NCBI RefSeq assembly: GCF_000017845.1
Contig: NC_010547.1
Coordinates: forward strand, 1 to 32,000
Source of the DNA: Crocosphaera subtropica ATCC 51142
Lineage (GTDB): Bacteria; Cyanobacteriota; Cyanobacteriia; Cyanobacteriales; Microcystaceae
DNA length: 32,000 bases
Direction: 5' to 3'
Shown here in pieces: positions 1 to 7,071 of the stretch (its first letter is position 1; each line of letters opens with the position of its first letter). A model generated the notes under the pieces. It was not told the origin of the DNA and searched no databases. It saw only the letters and a program-made list of their open reading frames with translations. The position numbers and the translations under genes are program-made.

Positions 1-126
1 GTAATTTGTATTGAGCTTTTCTAATTCGCTGAAATCCTTGGTATCATTAGGTTCTAGCCTTAACGTCTTTCTCATCATTATTTCTTGATTATCTATCTTA
101 TTTATCCTCGATAAGTTATTTTTATT

Positions 127-164
127 CTTATCTTATTGACTTATCTTGCCATAATTGATAAGAT
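127..164 (+). promoter_or_regulatory. Sigma70-type promoter P1 embedded in a CTTATC/GATAAG motif cluster, upstream of the ArdC-like gene
   Basis: TTGACT 136-141, 17-nt spacer, TAAGAT 159-164. CTTATCTT at 127-134 and 140-147, GATAAGAT at 157-164, GATAAG at 110-115. AAGGAG 178-183 precedes ATG 192. Confidence 0.5.
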
Positions 165-191
165 AGTTATAGATAAAAAGGAGTGAAAAAC

Positions 192-1049
192 ATGACCGCT
201 ACACAGACTAAACAGAGTAAAACAAGTAAAGCGATGGAGTTGCTTGAAGAAGGAATTAGTAATTTACTGCAATCTGGTGACTGGAGACAATATTTACAGG
301 TTCAATCTCAATTCCACAACTATTCATTTAATAATATCGTTTTGATTGTCCTACAATATCCGAAAGCCTCAAGAGTTGCTGGTTATCGTAAATGGCAAGA
401 ATTAGGACGACAAGTTAAAAAAGGTTCTAAAGCTATTAAGATTTTAGCCCCTTTAACCAAGAAAATCGAGAAAGAAAATGACAATGGCGAAAAACAAAAG
501 ATTAACGCTTTAGTTGGCTTTAGAACCGTCAATGTCTTTGACGTTAGCCAAACTGAAGGGGAAGAGTTACCAGCTATCTCCTCTTCTGTTCTCAATGGGG
601 ACGATCAAGGGCTTCTCGAACGGCTTAAAGCATTCAGCCTCGATAATAAGGTTCCGGTCAAGTTTGAGGGCATTTTAGGGGGGGCTAACGGTTGCTGTCG
701 CTACGATACCACCACAGGAAACCCCATTGAGATTACTGTAGATCCCCTCTTACCACCTTTGCATCAAGCTAAGACTTTAGCCCACGAAATTGCACATAGT
801 TTACTCCATTCTCGGAAACAGTACGATAGCCACATCCCACGCAGTATGGCAGAGTTAGAAGCAGAATCTACCGCTTTCTTAATTCTTAAACACTTTGGCT
901 TAGATTCTGGAGACTATTCTTTTCCTTACGTTGCTTGCTGGCAAGAAGGAGAAGACGCGATCGCTAACCTCAGACAAGCTGGTACTAGACTTCAAAAAGC
1001 TGCGAATCAAGTCATCGACTGGGTTGAGTCCCATTCTAATTCTGATTAA
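192..1049 (+). CDS. ardC: ArdC-like antirestriction protein (N-terminal ssDNA-binding ArdC domain plus C-terminal zincin HExxH metallopeptidase)
   Basis: N-terminal motif NYSFNNIVLI...GYRKWQELGRQVKKGSKAIKILAP is typical of the ArdC N domain. HEIAHSLLH is a zincin motif. ATG 192 is preferred over GTG 183 because AAGGAG lies 8 nt upstream. Confidence 0.8.
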   Translation: MTATQTKQSKTSKAMELLEEGISNLLQSGDWRQYLQVQSQFHNYSFNNIVLIVLQYPKASRVAGYRKWQELGRQVKKGSKAIKILAPLTKKIEKENDNGEKQKINALVGFRTVNVFDVSQTEGEELPAISSSVLNGDDQGLLERLKAFSLDNKVPVKFEGILGGANGCCRYDTTTGNPIEITVDPLLPPLHQAKTLAHEIAHSLLHSRKQYDSHIPRSMAELEAESTAFLILKHFGLDSGDYSFPYVACWQEGEDAIANLRQAGTRLQKAANQVIDWVESHSNSD

Positions 1050-1090
1050 TCTCCTTATCTTGTCAGTTTAAATGATAAAGATAGATAATT

Positions 1091-1134
1091 CTTATCTTTT
1101 CAGACTTGACATTCGATAAGTAATTAGATAAGAT
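1091..1134 (+). promoter_or_regulatory. Promoter P2, same architecture as P1, upstream of the 1221 gene
   Basis: TTGACA 1106-1111, 17-nt spacer, TAAGAT 1129-1134. CTTATCTT at 1054-1061 and 1091-1098, GATAAG 1115-1120, GATAAGAT 1127-1134. Confidence 0.5.
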
Positions 1135-1143
1135 AAAGATATG

Positions 1144-1182
1144 AAACAGAGGTCAAGCCTCGCAAGCAAAAAACCTCTGTTT
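1144..1182 (+). other. 10-bp perfect stem-loop at the predicted 5' end of the P2 transcript
   Basis: AAACAGAGGT 1144-1153 pairs with ACCTCTGTTT 1173-1182 around a 19-nt loop. It is followed by CCCCCC, not a U tract. Confidence 0.4.
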
Positions 1183-1220
1183 CCCCCCAAAAAATCATCA
1201 CATTAATTGGAGTAATTAAC

Positions 1221-1502
1221 ATGGTAACAAATAACCTCACAACAACACAACAACGACAAATTGAAGGTTCTTTACTAAGTTTAAAAAGTAAAATTCATGA
1301 AGCTGCTGAAATTTTAAAAGAAGAGATTGAGGATGTTGAAGTACCTTTGAAAACTGAAGCGATCGCCCTAGTAATTTATGACTGGTTAGAAGAGAAACTA
1401 GAAGACATCGATTGGCATTATCAACAAAGTTCTACCTTACAAAATGCAATCTTTAAGCTCGCATTAGAAGAGGAACGTAAACAAGATAATTATCGAAACT
1501 AA
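1221..1502 (+). CDS. Hypothetical protein (93 aa, acidic/helical)
   Basis: ORF with a GGAG-like RBS upstream of the ATG. No recognisable domain. Confidence 0.55.
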   Translation: MVTNNLTTTQQRQIEGSLLSLKSKIHEAAEILKEEIEDVEVPLKTEAIALVIYDWLEEKLEDIDWHYQQSSTLQNAIFKLALEEERKQDNYRN

Positions 1503-1571
1503 TCAGTTTTATCCCCCTTACTTGGGGGACTAACTTCATCTTGTTTTCTTAATAGTTATTTAACGGTGAGT

Positions 1572-1910
1572 ATGAATTACAACATTTTACCTAACAACAA
1601 TTTAAAGATTTTCTGGGATATTAATAACTATAGGGAAATTATCTCAGACCTTGAAGAAAAAGACTCCGAATGGTATCACAGAGAATCTAACCTATGGGAC
1701 TTTTTTGAAAATCTATTTTCTGATAGTGAACTTGAACAAATTGAACCTGTAGAAATTGCTGCTTTAACTGCATCCCCTATTTTGGGAATTCGTGATCAAA
1801 ATGATACTGTTATCCAAGTTTGGTGGTATCCGAACTATGCGATCGCTTCCCCTCTTGAAGATTTAATTAAAGATGGTTTCACCATTTTTCAATCAGGAAA
1901 TATTGATTAA
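1572..1910 (+). CDS. Hypothetical protein (~112 aa)
   Basis: ORF. ATG 1572 lies two codons inside the GTG 1566 of the ORF track. No domain recognised. Confidence 0.5.
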   Translation: MNYNILPNNNLKIFWDINNYREIISDLEEKDSEWYHRESNLWDFFENLFSDSELEQIEPVEIAALTASPILGIRDQNDTVIQVWWYPNYAIASPLEDLIKDGFTIFQSGNID

Positions 1911-1950
1911 CTCAAGTAACCGCTACATCACTACATGAGGAGTAAAAACG

Positions 1951-2418
1951 ATGGAACTATTCAAGTTAGACTTAACTAAAGTAAAAGCCATTGGACATGA
2001 CGGAAATGTACCTTTAGGAACCTTACAAATTCTCTTAGAAAATGAAGACGGGAACTTAGAAATTAAGTCGGTTCCTGCACCACTGCAAGCCTTAGAAGGT
2101 ATTAAATTAATCAGTAGGTTAGCAGAAGGTGAAAGGGTAGAAGTTCCTAGTATTCCCCCATTATCTTCACAAACTTTGCTCGATACAATCACCATGATTG
2201 ATACAGAGTCTTTACGCTGTGGGGGAAGTTCTAATGTAGCGGCCATTGGCTACGAATCTAGCCAAAAAGTTTTACAAGTCGATTTTAATTCTAATAGCCG
2301 TTACCGTTATTTTGATGTTCCTTTCACTGTGTTTTCTAACTTCCTTAAAGCTGATAGTATGGGTAAATTTCTTAATCGAGAAATTAAACCCTATTATCAA
2401 TATGAACGAGTTGATTAA
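1951..2418 (+). CDS. KTSC domain-containing protein
   Basis: C-terminal VAAIGYESSQKVLQVDFNSNSRYRYFDVPFTVFSNFLKADSMGKFLNREIKPYYQYERV matches the KTSC pattern. GAGGAG RBS 8 nt upstream. Confidence 0.75.
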   Translation: MELFKLDLTKVKAIGHDGNVPLGTLQILLENEDGNLEIKSVPAPLQALEGIKLISRLAEGERVEVPSIPPLSSQTLLDTITMIDTESLRCGGSSNVAAIGYESSQKVLQVDFNSNSRYRYFDVPFTVFSNFLKADSMGKFLNREIKPYYQYERVD

Positions 2419-2427
2419 TAACCCACT

Positions 2428-2474
2428 TAGGGATTGACCAATAAACAATTTTCAATCCCTAGTCATTCTTTTTT
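2428..2474 (+). terminator. Rho-independent terminator after the KTSC gene
   Basis: TAGGGATTGA 2428-2437 pairs perfectly with TCAATCCCTA 2452-2461. T6 run at 2469-2474. Confidence 0.6.
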
Positions 2475-2514
2475 GCTTATTGATCTGTTAATTACTATTA
2501 AACTATAAAACGCA

Positions 2515-2802
2515 ATGAATTTTGAAGGACTAATTTGTGAACATAATCGTTCTCATCCCTATTATCGTTTTAGTTACCTCCCTGAAAATATTAAACAGTT
2601 CATGTTTACTTTAATCCTTACTGCCAGAGGAAGTGGAATCAAGGCTATTTCAGCTAGAATTAAGTTAGAAAAGTTTACCCAAATGTCAAACGAAGACATT
2701 ATCAGTCTTTATCAAGAATCTTTTCCTGGATCAGAAAGTAATGATAATATGGATACAAAGCCAAATAACAAAGGCTTAAATCATTCCTTTTTCAACTACT
2801 GA
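2515..2802 (+). CDS. Hypothetical protein (95 aa)
   Basis: ORF only. No RBS or domain recognised. Confidence 0.35.
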   Translation: MNFEGLICEHNRSHPYYRFSYLPENIKQFMFTLILTARGSGIKAISARIKLEKFTQMSNEDIISLYQESFPGSESNDNMDTKPNNKGLNHSFFNY

Positions 2803-2849
2803 CCCTAACAAAGCCATTGATTATAAATTACTTTTAGGACAATTAATTA

Positions 2850-3251
2850 ATGCCTACTATTAAAATTCAAGCCCAATTATCCCAGGAAGATTTACTGGCA
2901 GCCGTTCAACAATTAAGCTTATCTGAATTGGATGGATTTCTCCAAGAGATTATTACTCTTAAAGCCAAACATCAAGCCCCATCTCTATCAAGTGATGAAA
3001 CTGAATTGTTATTAAAAATCAATCAAGGACTTTCTTCAGATATTCAAACTCGTTATCAATTATTAATTCAAAAAAGAGATAATGAAACTTTAACTGAACA
3101 AGAGTATAATGAGTTACTCCAATTAACATCTCTATTTGAAGACCATCAAGCAAAACGCTTAGAATCTCTTGCTAGATTAGCTCAATTACGTCAAGTTCCT
3201 CTCTCTAATTTAATGACACAACTCGGAATTAAACCCATCATTAATGACTGA
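2850..3251 (+). CDS. Helical small protein translationally coupled to the downstream HNH nuclease (possible immunity/antitoxin-like partner)
   Basis: 133-aa ORF whose last 8 nt (ATGACTGA, 3244-3251) overlap the HNH start. Helical, charged composition. Confidence 0.55.
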   Translation: MPTIKIQAQLSQEDLLAAVQQLSLSELDGFLQEIITLKAKHQAPSLSSDETELLLKINQGLSSDIQTRYQLLIQKRDNETLTEQEYNELLQLTSLFEDHQAKRLESLARLAQLRQVPLSNLMTQLGIKPIIND

Positions 3252-3666
3252 ACGTAAACTTACCGCCCAACTCAAAGAATCTATCAAAATTAGAGCTAAT
3301 TATTGTTGCGAATATTGTTATTCTCAAGAAAAGTTTGCTACACAAACCTTCTCCATTGAACATATTTATCCTCTCAGTAAAGGTGGTCAAACTAAATTGG
3401 ATAACTTGGCTTTAGCTTGTCAAGGTTGTAATAACCATAAATATAATAAAATTGAAGGAGTTGATCCCATTACTGGTGACACTATGACTCTTTATCATCC
3501 TAGACAACAACATTGGTCAGATCATTTTGCCTGGAGTCATGATTATAGTTTAATTGTTGGTCTAACACCCAGTGGAAGAGTCACCGTAGAACTGTTACGT
3601 TTAAATCGAGAAGGTTTAGTTAATTTACGTCGAATTCTCTATTCTCTTGGAGAACATCCCCCTTAG
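3244..3666 (+). CDS. HNH endonuclease
   Basis: CEYCYSQ...SIEHIYPLSKGG...LDNLALACQGCNNHK gives a CxxC...H...N...CxxCNxHK HNH signature. Confidence 0.85.
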   Translation: MTERKLTAQLKESIKIRANYCCEYCYSQEKFATQTFSIEHIYPLSKGGQTKLDNLALACQGCNNHKYNKIEGVDPITGDTMTLYHPRQQHWSDHFAWSHDYSLIVGLTPSGRVTVELLRLNREGLVNLRRILYSLGEHPP

Positions 3667-3675
3667 CATGAACTA

Positions 3676-4158
3676 TCAGTTATTAGCCGTCAAAATTTTC
3701 CATATCCATGTTACTAAAGCTAGTGTTAAGAGGGTAAATCCAATCACAATTAAAATCAAAACTATACTTAATCCAATCAAGAAAAGTCGGTTAACTTTTT
3801 TATTTTCAGGTGTATAGTTTAAATGATGTTCTAATAATTCTATGTTTCTGACATTGGCTTTCCAAGTAACATCAAATACATCACCTACAACTGGCACTGA
3901 ACCAACCAATGAATCTAACAATACGTTAGCTACCATTTGCCCAATTACCTTCTGGTTTAATCCCATTCGTGCTGATTCAATGATAATGTAAGCTGATAAT
4001 GTACCTGCTATAGTATCCCCACCCCCTGGTATTAATCCTAGAATGGGATCTAATCCTATTCTCCATTGTGTCCCTGGAATTGGAATGGCTTTGTCTAATA
4101 CATGGCTAATTCTATGAAGACGAGTTACTTTCTTTTGACGAGGGGATAATTTAGTCAT
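3676..4158 (-). CDS. DUF4112 family membrane protein
   Basis: LDKAIPIPGTQWRIGLDPILGLIPGGGDTIAGTLSAYII...VGSVPVVGDVFDVTWKAN matches the DUF4112 pattern. C-terminal TM helix. Confidence 0.75.
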   Translation of the reverse strand: MTKLSPRQKKVTRLHRISHVLDKAIPIPGTQWRIGLDPILGLIPGGGDTIAGTLSAYIIIESARMGLNQKVIGQMVANVLLDSLVGSVPVVGDVFDVTWKANVRNIELLEHHLNYTPENKKVNRLFLIGLSIVLILIVIGFTLLTLALVTWIWKILTANN

Positions 4159-4183
4159 CTTTCGATTTTAAATAATCATTAAC

Positions 4184-4768
4184 TCAATCTAAAAGAGAAT
4201 TATCTAATCGCTTTGGGTTTTTCCACCAAAACCAAGCTTTGATAACACCCAGAATTAAAATACAGATAATAACTACCCCCATCGCTACGGGTATTATCAT
4301 TCCCATTGTGGCAATTATGGTAGCACCTATCAACTCGATAGTAGAAAAAATGGGATTACTTAAACCTCCTGTTGTTGCTGTTGAACCAACTCTCAACAAA
4401 CTATTGAGTGTTTTCGTTATTCCTGCTGTTCCTCCTCCAGCAATAATTGCTAGAGTCCATTGAGCTAAGGGAGTCATTTCTGGTAGGTAACTTTGAGTTA
4501 CCCAAATGCCTACAATCGAGGCTAACGGCAAAGTAATCATATCTAAAGCATTATCTAGCCAAGGAAAATAATAAAGAATTACTTCGACTAAACTAGCTAC
4601 ACTGAACAAAATAATAGCCTGATTGCTATCTAACCACAGTAAATCTTCCGGTAAGGTAATCCAATTTTCTACTGCTCCGATACTAATTATTAACAAAGGA
4701 ACAAAGACTCGAAAACCACAAGAGGCACTTAAAGCTAAACCTAAAAAAAGACTAACTAAACTTTCCAT
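4184..4768 (-). CDS. DUF4126-like polytopic membrane protein
   Basis: Multi-TM ORF with an N-terminal CGFRVFVPLL motif and YYFPWLDNALD, resembling DUF4126. 25 nt upstream of the DUF4112 gene on the same strand. Confidence 0.6.
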   Translation of the reverse strand: MESLVSLFLGLALSASCGFRVFVPLLIISIGAVENWITLPEDLLWLDSNQAIILFSVASLVEVILYYFPWLDNALDMITLPLASIVGIWVTQSYLPEMTPLAQWTLAIIAGGGTAGITKTLNSLLRVGSTATTGGLSNPIFSTIELIGATIIATMGMIIPVAMGVVIICILILGVIKAWFWWKNPKRLDNSLLD

Positions 4769-4863
4769 AATTTTACAATAAACTAAAAGTTAACAGTTGT
4801 TTTTATTTTCAGAAAAATTGTTATCCAATTCTTATATCCTTTTTAAAAATCAACATCAAGAAA

Positions 4864-5931
4864 CTAATTTATTCTAACCCCTAATAATTCTTCTAACATC
4901 ATTTCTAATATTTCTTCTTCTTTGACTGAACCCCCAGGTCCTTTCAGAAATTCTGAGATGGTAATTTTCTTATCACGAAAGTCTTTGACAAAATCACGGA
5001 TACTTTCGATAGGTTTGACTTGCTCTTCTAATTCTCTAGTCAATGCAGCCATAGCATCTACTCCTTTTTTTTGACACGATCTATATTCTTTTACCATTTC
5101 CCCCTCTGGCTTTCTTCTAATCATCCTTAGTTCTTTTTTTAAGTTTTCATATTGATTTCTTAGAAGTTCATTATCTTTTTCCCTCATTAAACACATTCTT
5201 TCAATTTCACTCTTTGAGGCATTATCTAGGTCGATTTCTTGTTGGGAATGATGCTGTTTTTCTATTTCTAGTAGTCGGGCTATATCCCCCTCTTCATAAG
5301 CTTTATTAACTTCTTTCATTACTTCGTTATTATATATCTGGGTTTGGGGGTCACTGGCTTTATCTGGATGAAATAGAGAGGCTAACTTAAGAAACGTTTT
5401 TCTCATTTCCCCTGATTTTTTAGATTTCGCTTCCCCTGAACTAAGATCATTATCTTCATCTAATGAATCTCTATAATTAGCGTTGTTTTGAGCTTTCTTT
5501 TCGGCTGTTTTAAATTCTTGTTCATCTGAGAATACATCCTCAAAATTCTCAAAGTCTTCATCATCATCTTCTCCTAATCCCTCTGATTTAGGGCTTATTA
5601 CTCCCATCATTTGAAGATTATGATAAACCCCAACTATATCCTCTCTACTTTTTTTCCCTAATTTTCTTGTTGTTAATATTTCCGAGAACAGTTCATGAAT
5701 TTCTTGATCTAGTTCTTGAATTTGTTGTTGAATTGGGGAAACTCTTCTAAAAATTTCCATCCCAATTTCACGCATCTGATCTAAAAAATTCTTGAGTTCA
5801 GTGCGTTTTCTTTTTATTTGTTTGAGTAGCCATTGATGCTCGTCTTCGAGGCAACGACGGCGTTCATGAAACGATGATAGTCCTAATGATTCTGTTGACT
5901 CCTTTTGATCAGCGATTTGATCTACCCTCAT
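4864..5931 (-). CDS. J-domain (DnaJ-like) coiled-coil protein
   Basis: FLKLASLFHPDKASDP...VMKEVNKAYEEGDIARLLEI contains the HPD tripeptide. Flanking coiled-coil and acidic regions. Confidence 0.75.
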   Translation of the reverse strand: MRVDQIADQKESTESLGLSSFHERRRCLEDEHQWLLKQIKRKRTELKNFLDQMREIGMEIFRRVSPIQQQIQELDQEIHELFSEILTTRKLGKKSREDIVGVYHNLQMMGVISPKSEGLGEDDDEDFENFEDVFSDEQEFKTAEKKAQNNANYRDSLDEDNDLSSGEAKSKKSGEMRKTFLKLASLFHPDKASDPQTQIYNNEVMKEVNKAYEEGDIARLLEIEKQHHSQQEIDLDNASKSEIERMCLMREKDNELLRNQYENLKKELRMIRRKPEGEMVKEYRSCQKKGVDAMAALTRELEEQVKPIESIRDFVKDFRDKKITISEFLKGPGGSVKEEEILEMMLEELLGVRIN

Positions 5932-6051
5932 GAATACTCTACAAATGCTATTTCTTTAACATTTGTTCAGTATATCAAGCTTTTCGGAGATCACCAGAGA
6001 TATCACCTAAGCCTAAACGACATCAATTACACTTGAAAGAACACCCGACCC

Positions 6052-7071
6052 CTAACTTTTAACACCGAACTCATGTTGGCCTACTTCATAATCAGGGGTT
6101 GAGAGACGATGGAGCAATGAACCTTCTTTGAGATTTTCATAAAACTCCAACAATTGTGAATCGGTTAGACGTTTGCGAGAACTGACCCCGTATTGGCTTA
6201 GTAGGTATTCTTTCCTGATATTGGTTGACCATCCTAACTGGGCCATTTCATGATCAATGCGTTTCATTAACTCATTTTGAGTAATAACCGAATGCTGTGA
6301 TGAATTGTTATGGCACTGCTCTGTCTCTGTAACCTTTATGGGAGTTGACTGTGATGGCTGTGACGACCTTTTTGGGGTTTCGTCTAAAACTACATTCTCA
6401 GTCACTACAACCTTGATACTTTCTCTTTCTAAATTTAAAGATTGATCATTAGAAAAATTATTTTTCTGCTGAGCGACTGAAGAGCCTACACAGCCATCAC
6501 AATCTTCTCCTGTATGGGTTTCAAGGATTACATAGGGCTTATTAGCCATCACATCATCAGTCACCAATGAACAGTCACCAGTCGCCAGTGTTGTTTTCTC
6601 ATTCTCACCTCTAGCTGTCACACAAAGATTATTAACTTTTGATTGATCATTAGTGATTGTAAACTGTGCATAACTGGTGACTGGTGACTGTTCATTGGTG
6701 ACTGAAACTATGAATGGGGCTTCGTCATCCAAATGGTCACGGATTTTTAACCCTTGGATAAACACCCCATTCCGGTTCCGGTCTTTCACTACATCGTTTA
6801 AGTTGAGTTGGTGGTTACATAAATCTAGTAACAGGGTTGAAAACCGGTTAAGACTAATGGGATTAACTTTGATTCCTTCACAGAATGCACAATAGTTTGG
6901 GTATAGCCATTTTGATGCTCCTCTATACACCTCATCGCTTTCTGTGGATTTAATGGCCTTTCCTACATGGGTATAACTTTGGGGGTCGTAGATGATATTC
7001 TCATTTAACCACGCTGCAATAGGGTTGTTTTCTACCATTGACTTATCCGTTGTAATGTCAACTTGACACAC
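6052..7071 (-). pseudogene. C-terminal segment of the primase/helicase (P4/D5-type primase C-terminal region), in a different frame from the upstream ORF
   Basis: ENNPIAAWLNENIIYDP...WLYPNYCAFCEGIKVNPISLNRFSTLLLDL...NGVFIQGLKIRD resembles the C-terminal region normally fused to P4-family primase/helicases. The frame opens directly after an in-frame TAG (7072-7074) and overlaps ORF 7032-9146 by 40 nt. Confidence 0.55.
6557..6705. repeat. 27-bp perfect inverted repeat (33 bp with mismatches) built from STRR-like heptamers, 95-bp spacer, inside the coding ORF
   Basis: TCAGTCACCAATGAACAGTCACCAGTC 6557-6583 is the exact reverse complement of GACTGGTGACTGTTCATTGGTGACTGA 6679-6705. The right arm reads as heptads ACTGGTG ACTGGTG ACTGTTC ATTGGTG. 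Confidence 0.9.

Noticed and set aside
383-595. Antisense or overlapping ORFs in the six-frame track: 383-595, 1923-2246, 2246-2437, 4239-4463, 6677-6895, 8236-8800, 9043-9225, 10301-10516, 10482-10784, 12872-13066, 14181-14494. Also 16015-16302, 16144-16341, 16323-16559, 17238-17652, 18053-18474, 20244-21076, 22461-22706, 25929-26178, 28050-28277, 28903-29526.
   Set aside because: Each lies inside or opposite a longer ORF with recognisable domains or better coding character. Their compositions are low-complexity or typical of out-of-frame translation, and none has a recognisable motif.
1513-1528. Short G/C hairpins after several plus-strand genes as canonical terminators: CCCCC/GGGGG 1513-1528, GGGGGG/CCCTCCC 10972-10989, TTAGGGG/CCCCTAA 11983-12006, GAGGGG/CCCCTC 15778-15796.
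   Set aside because: The stems are only 5-7 bp and none is followed by a U tract. They may still pause or terminate transcription, but I cannot support calling them terminators.
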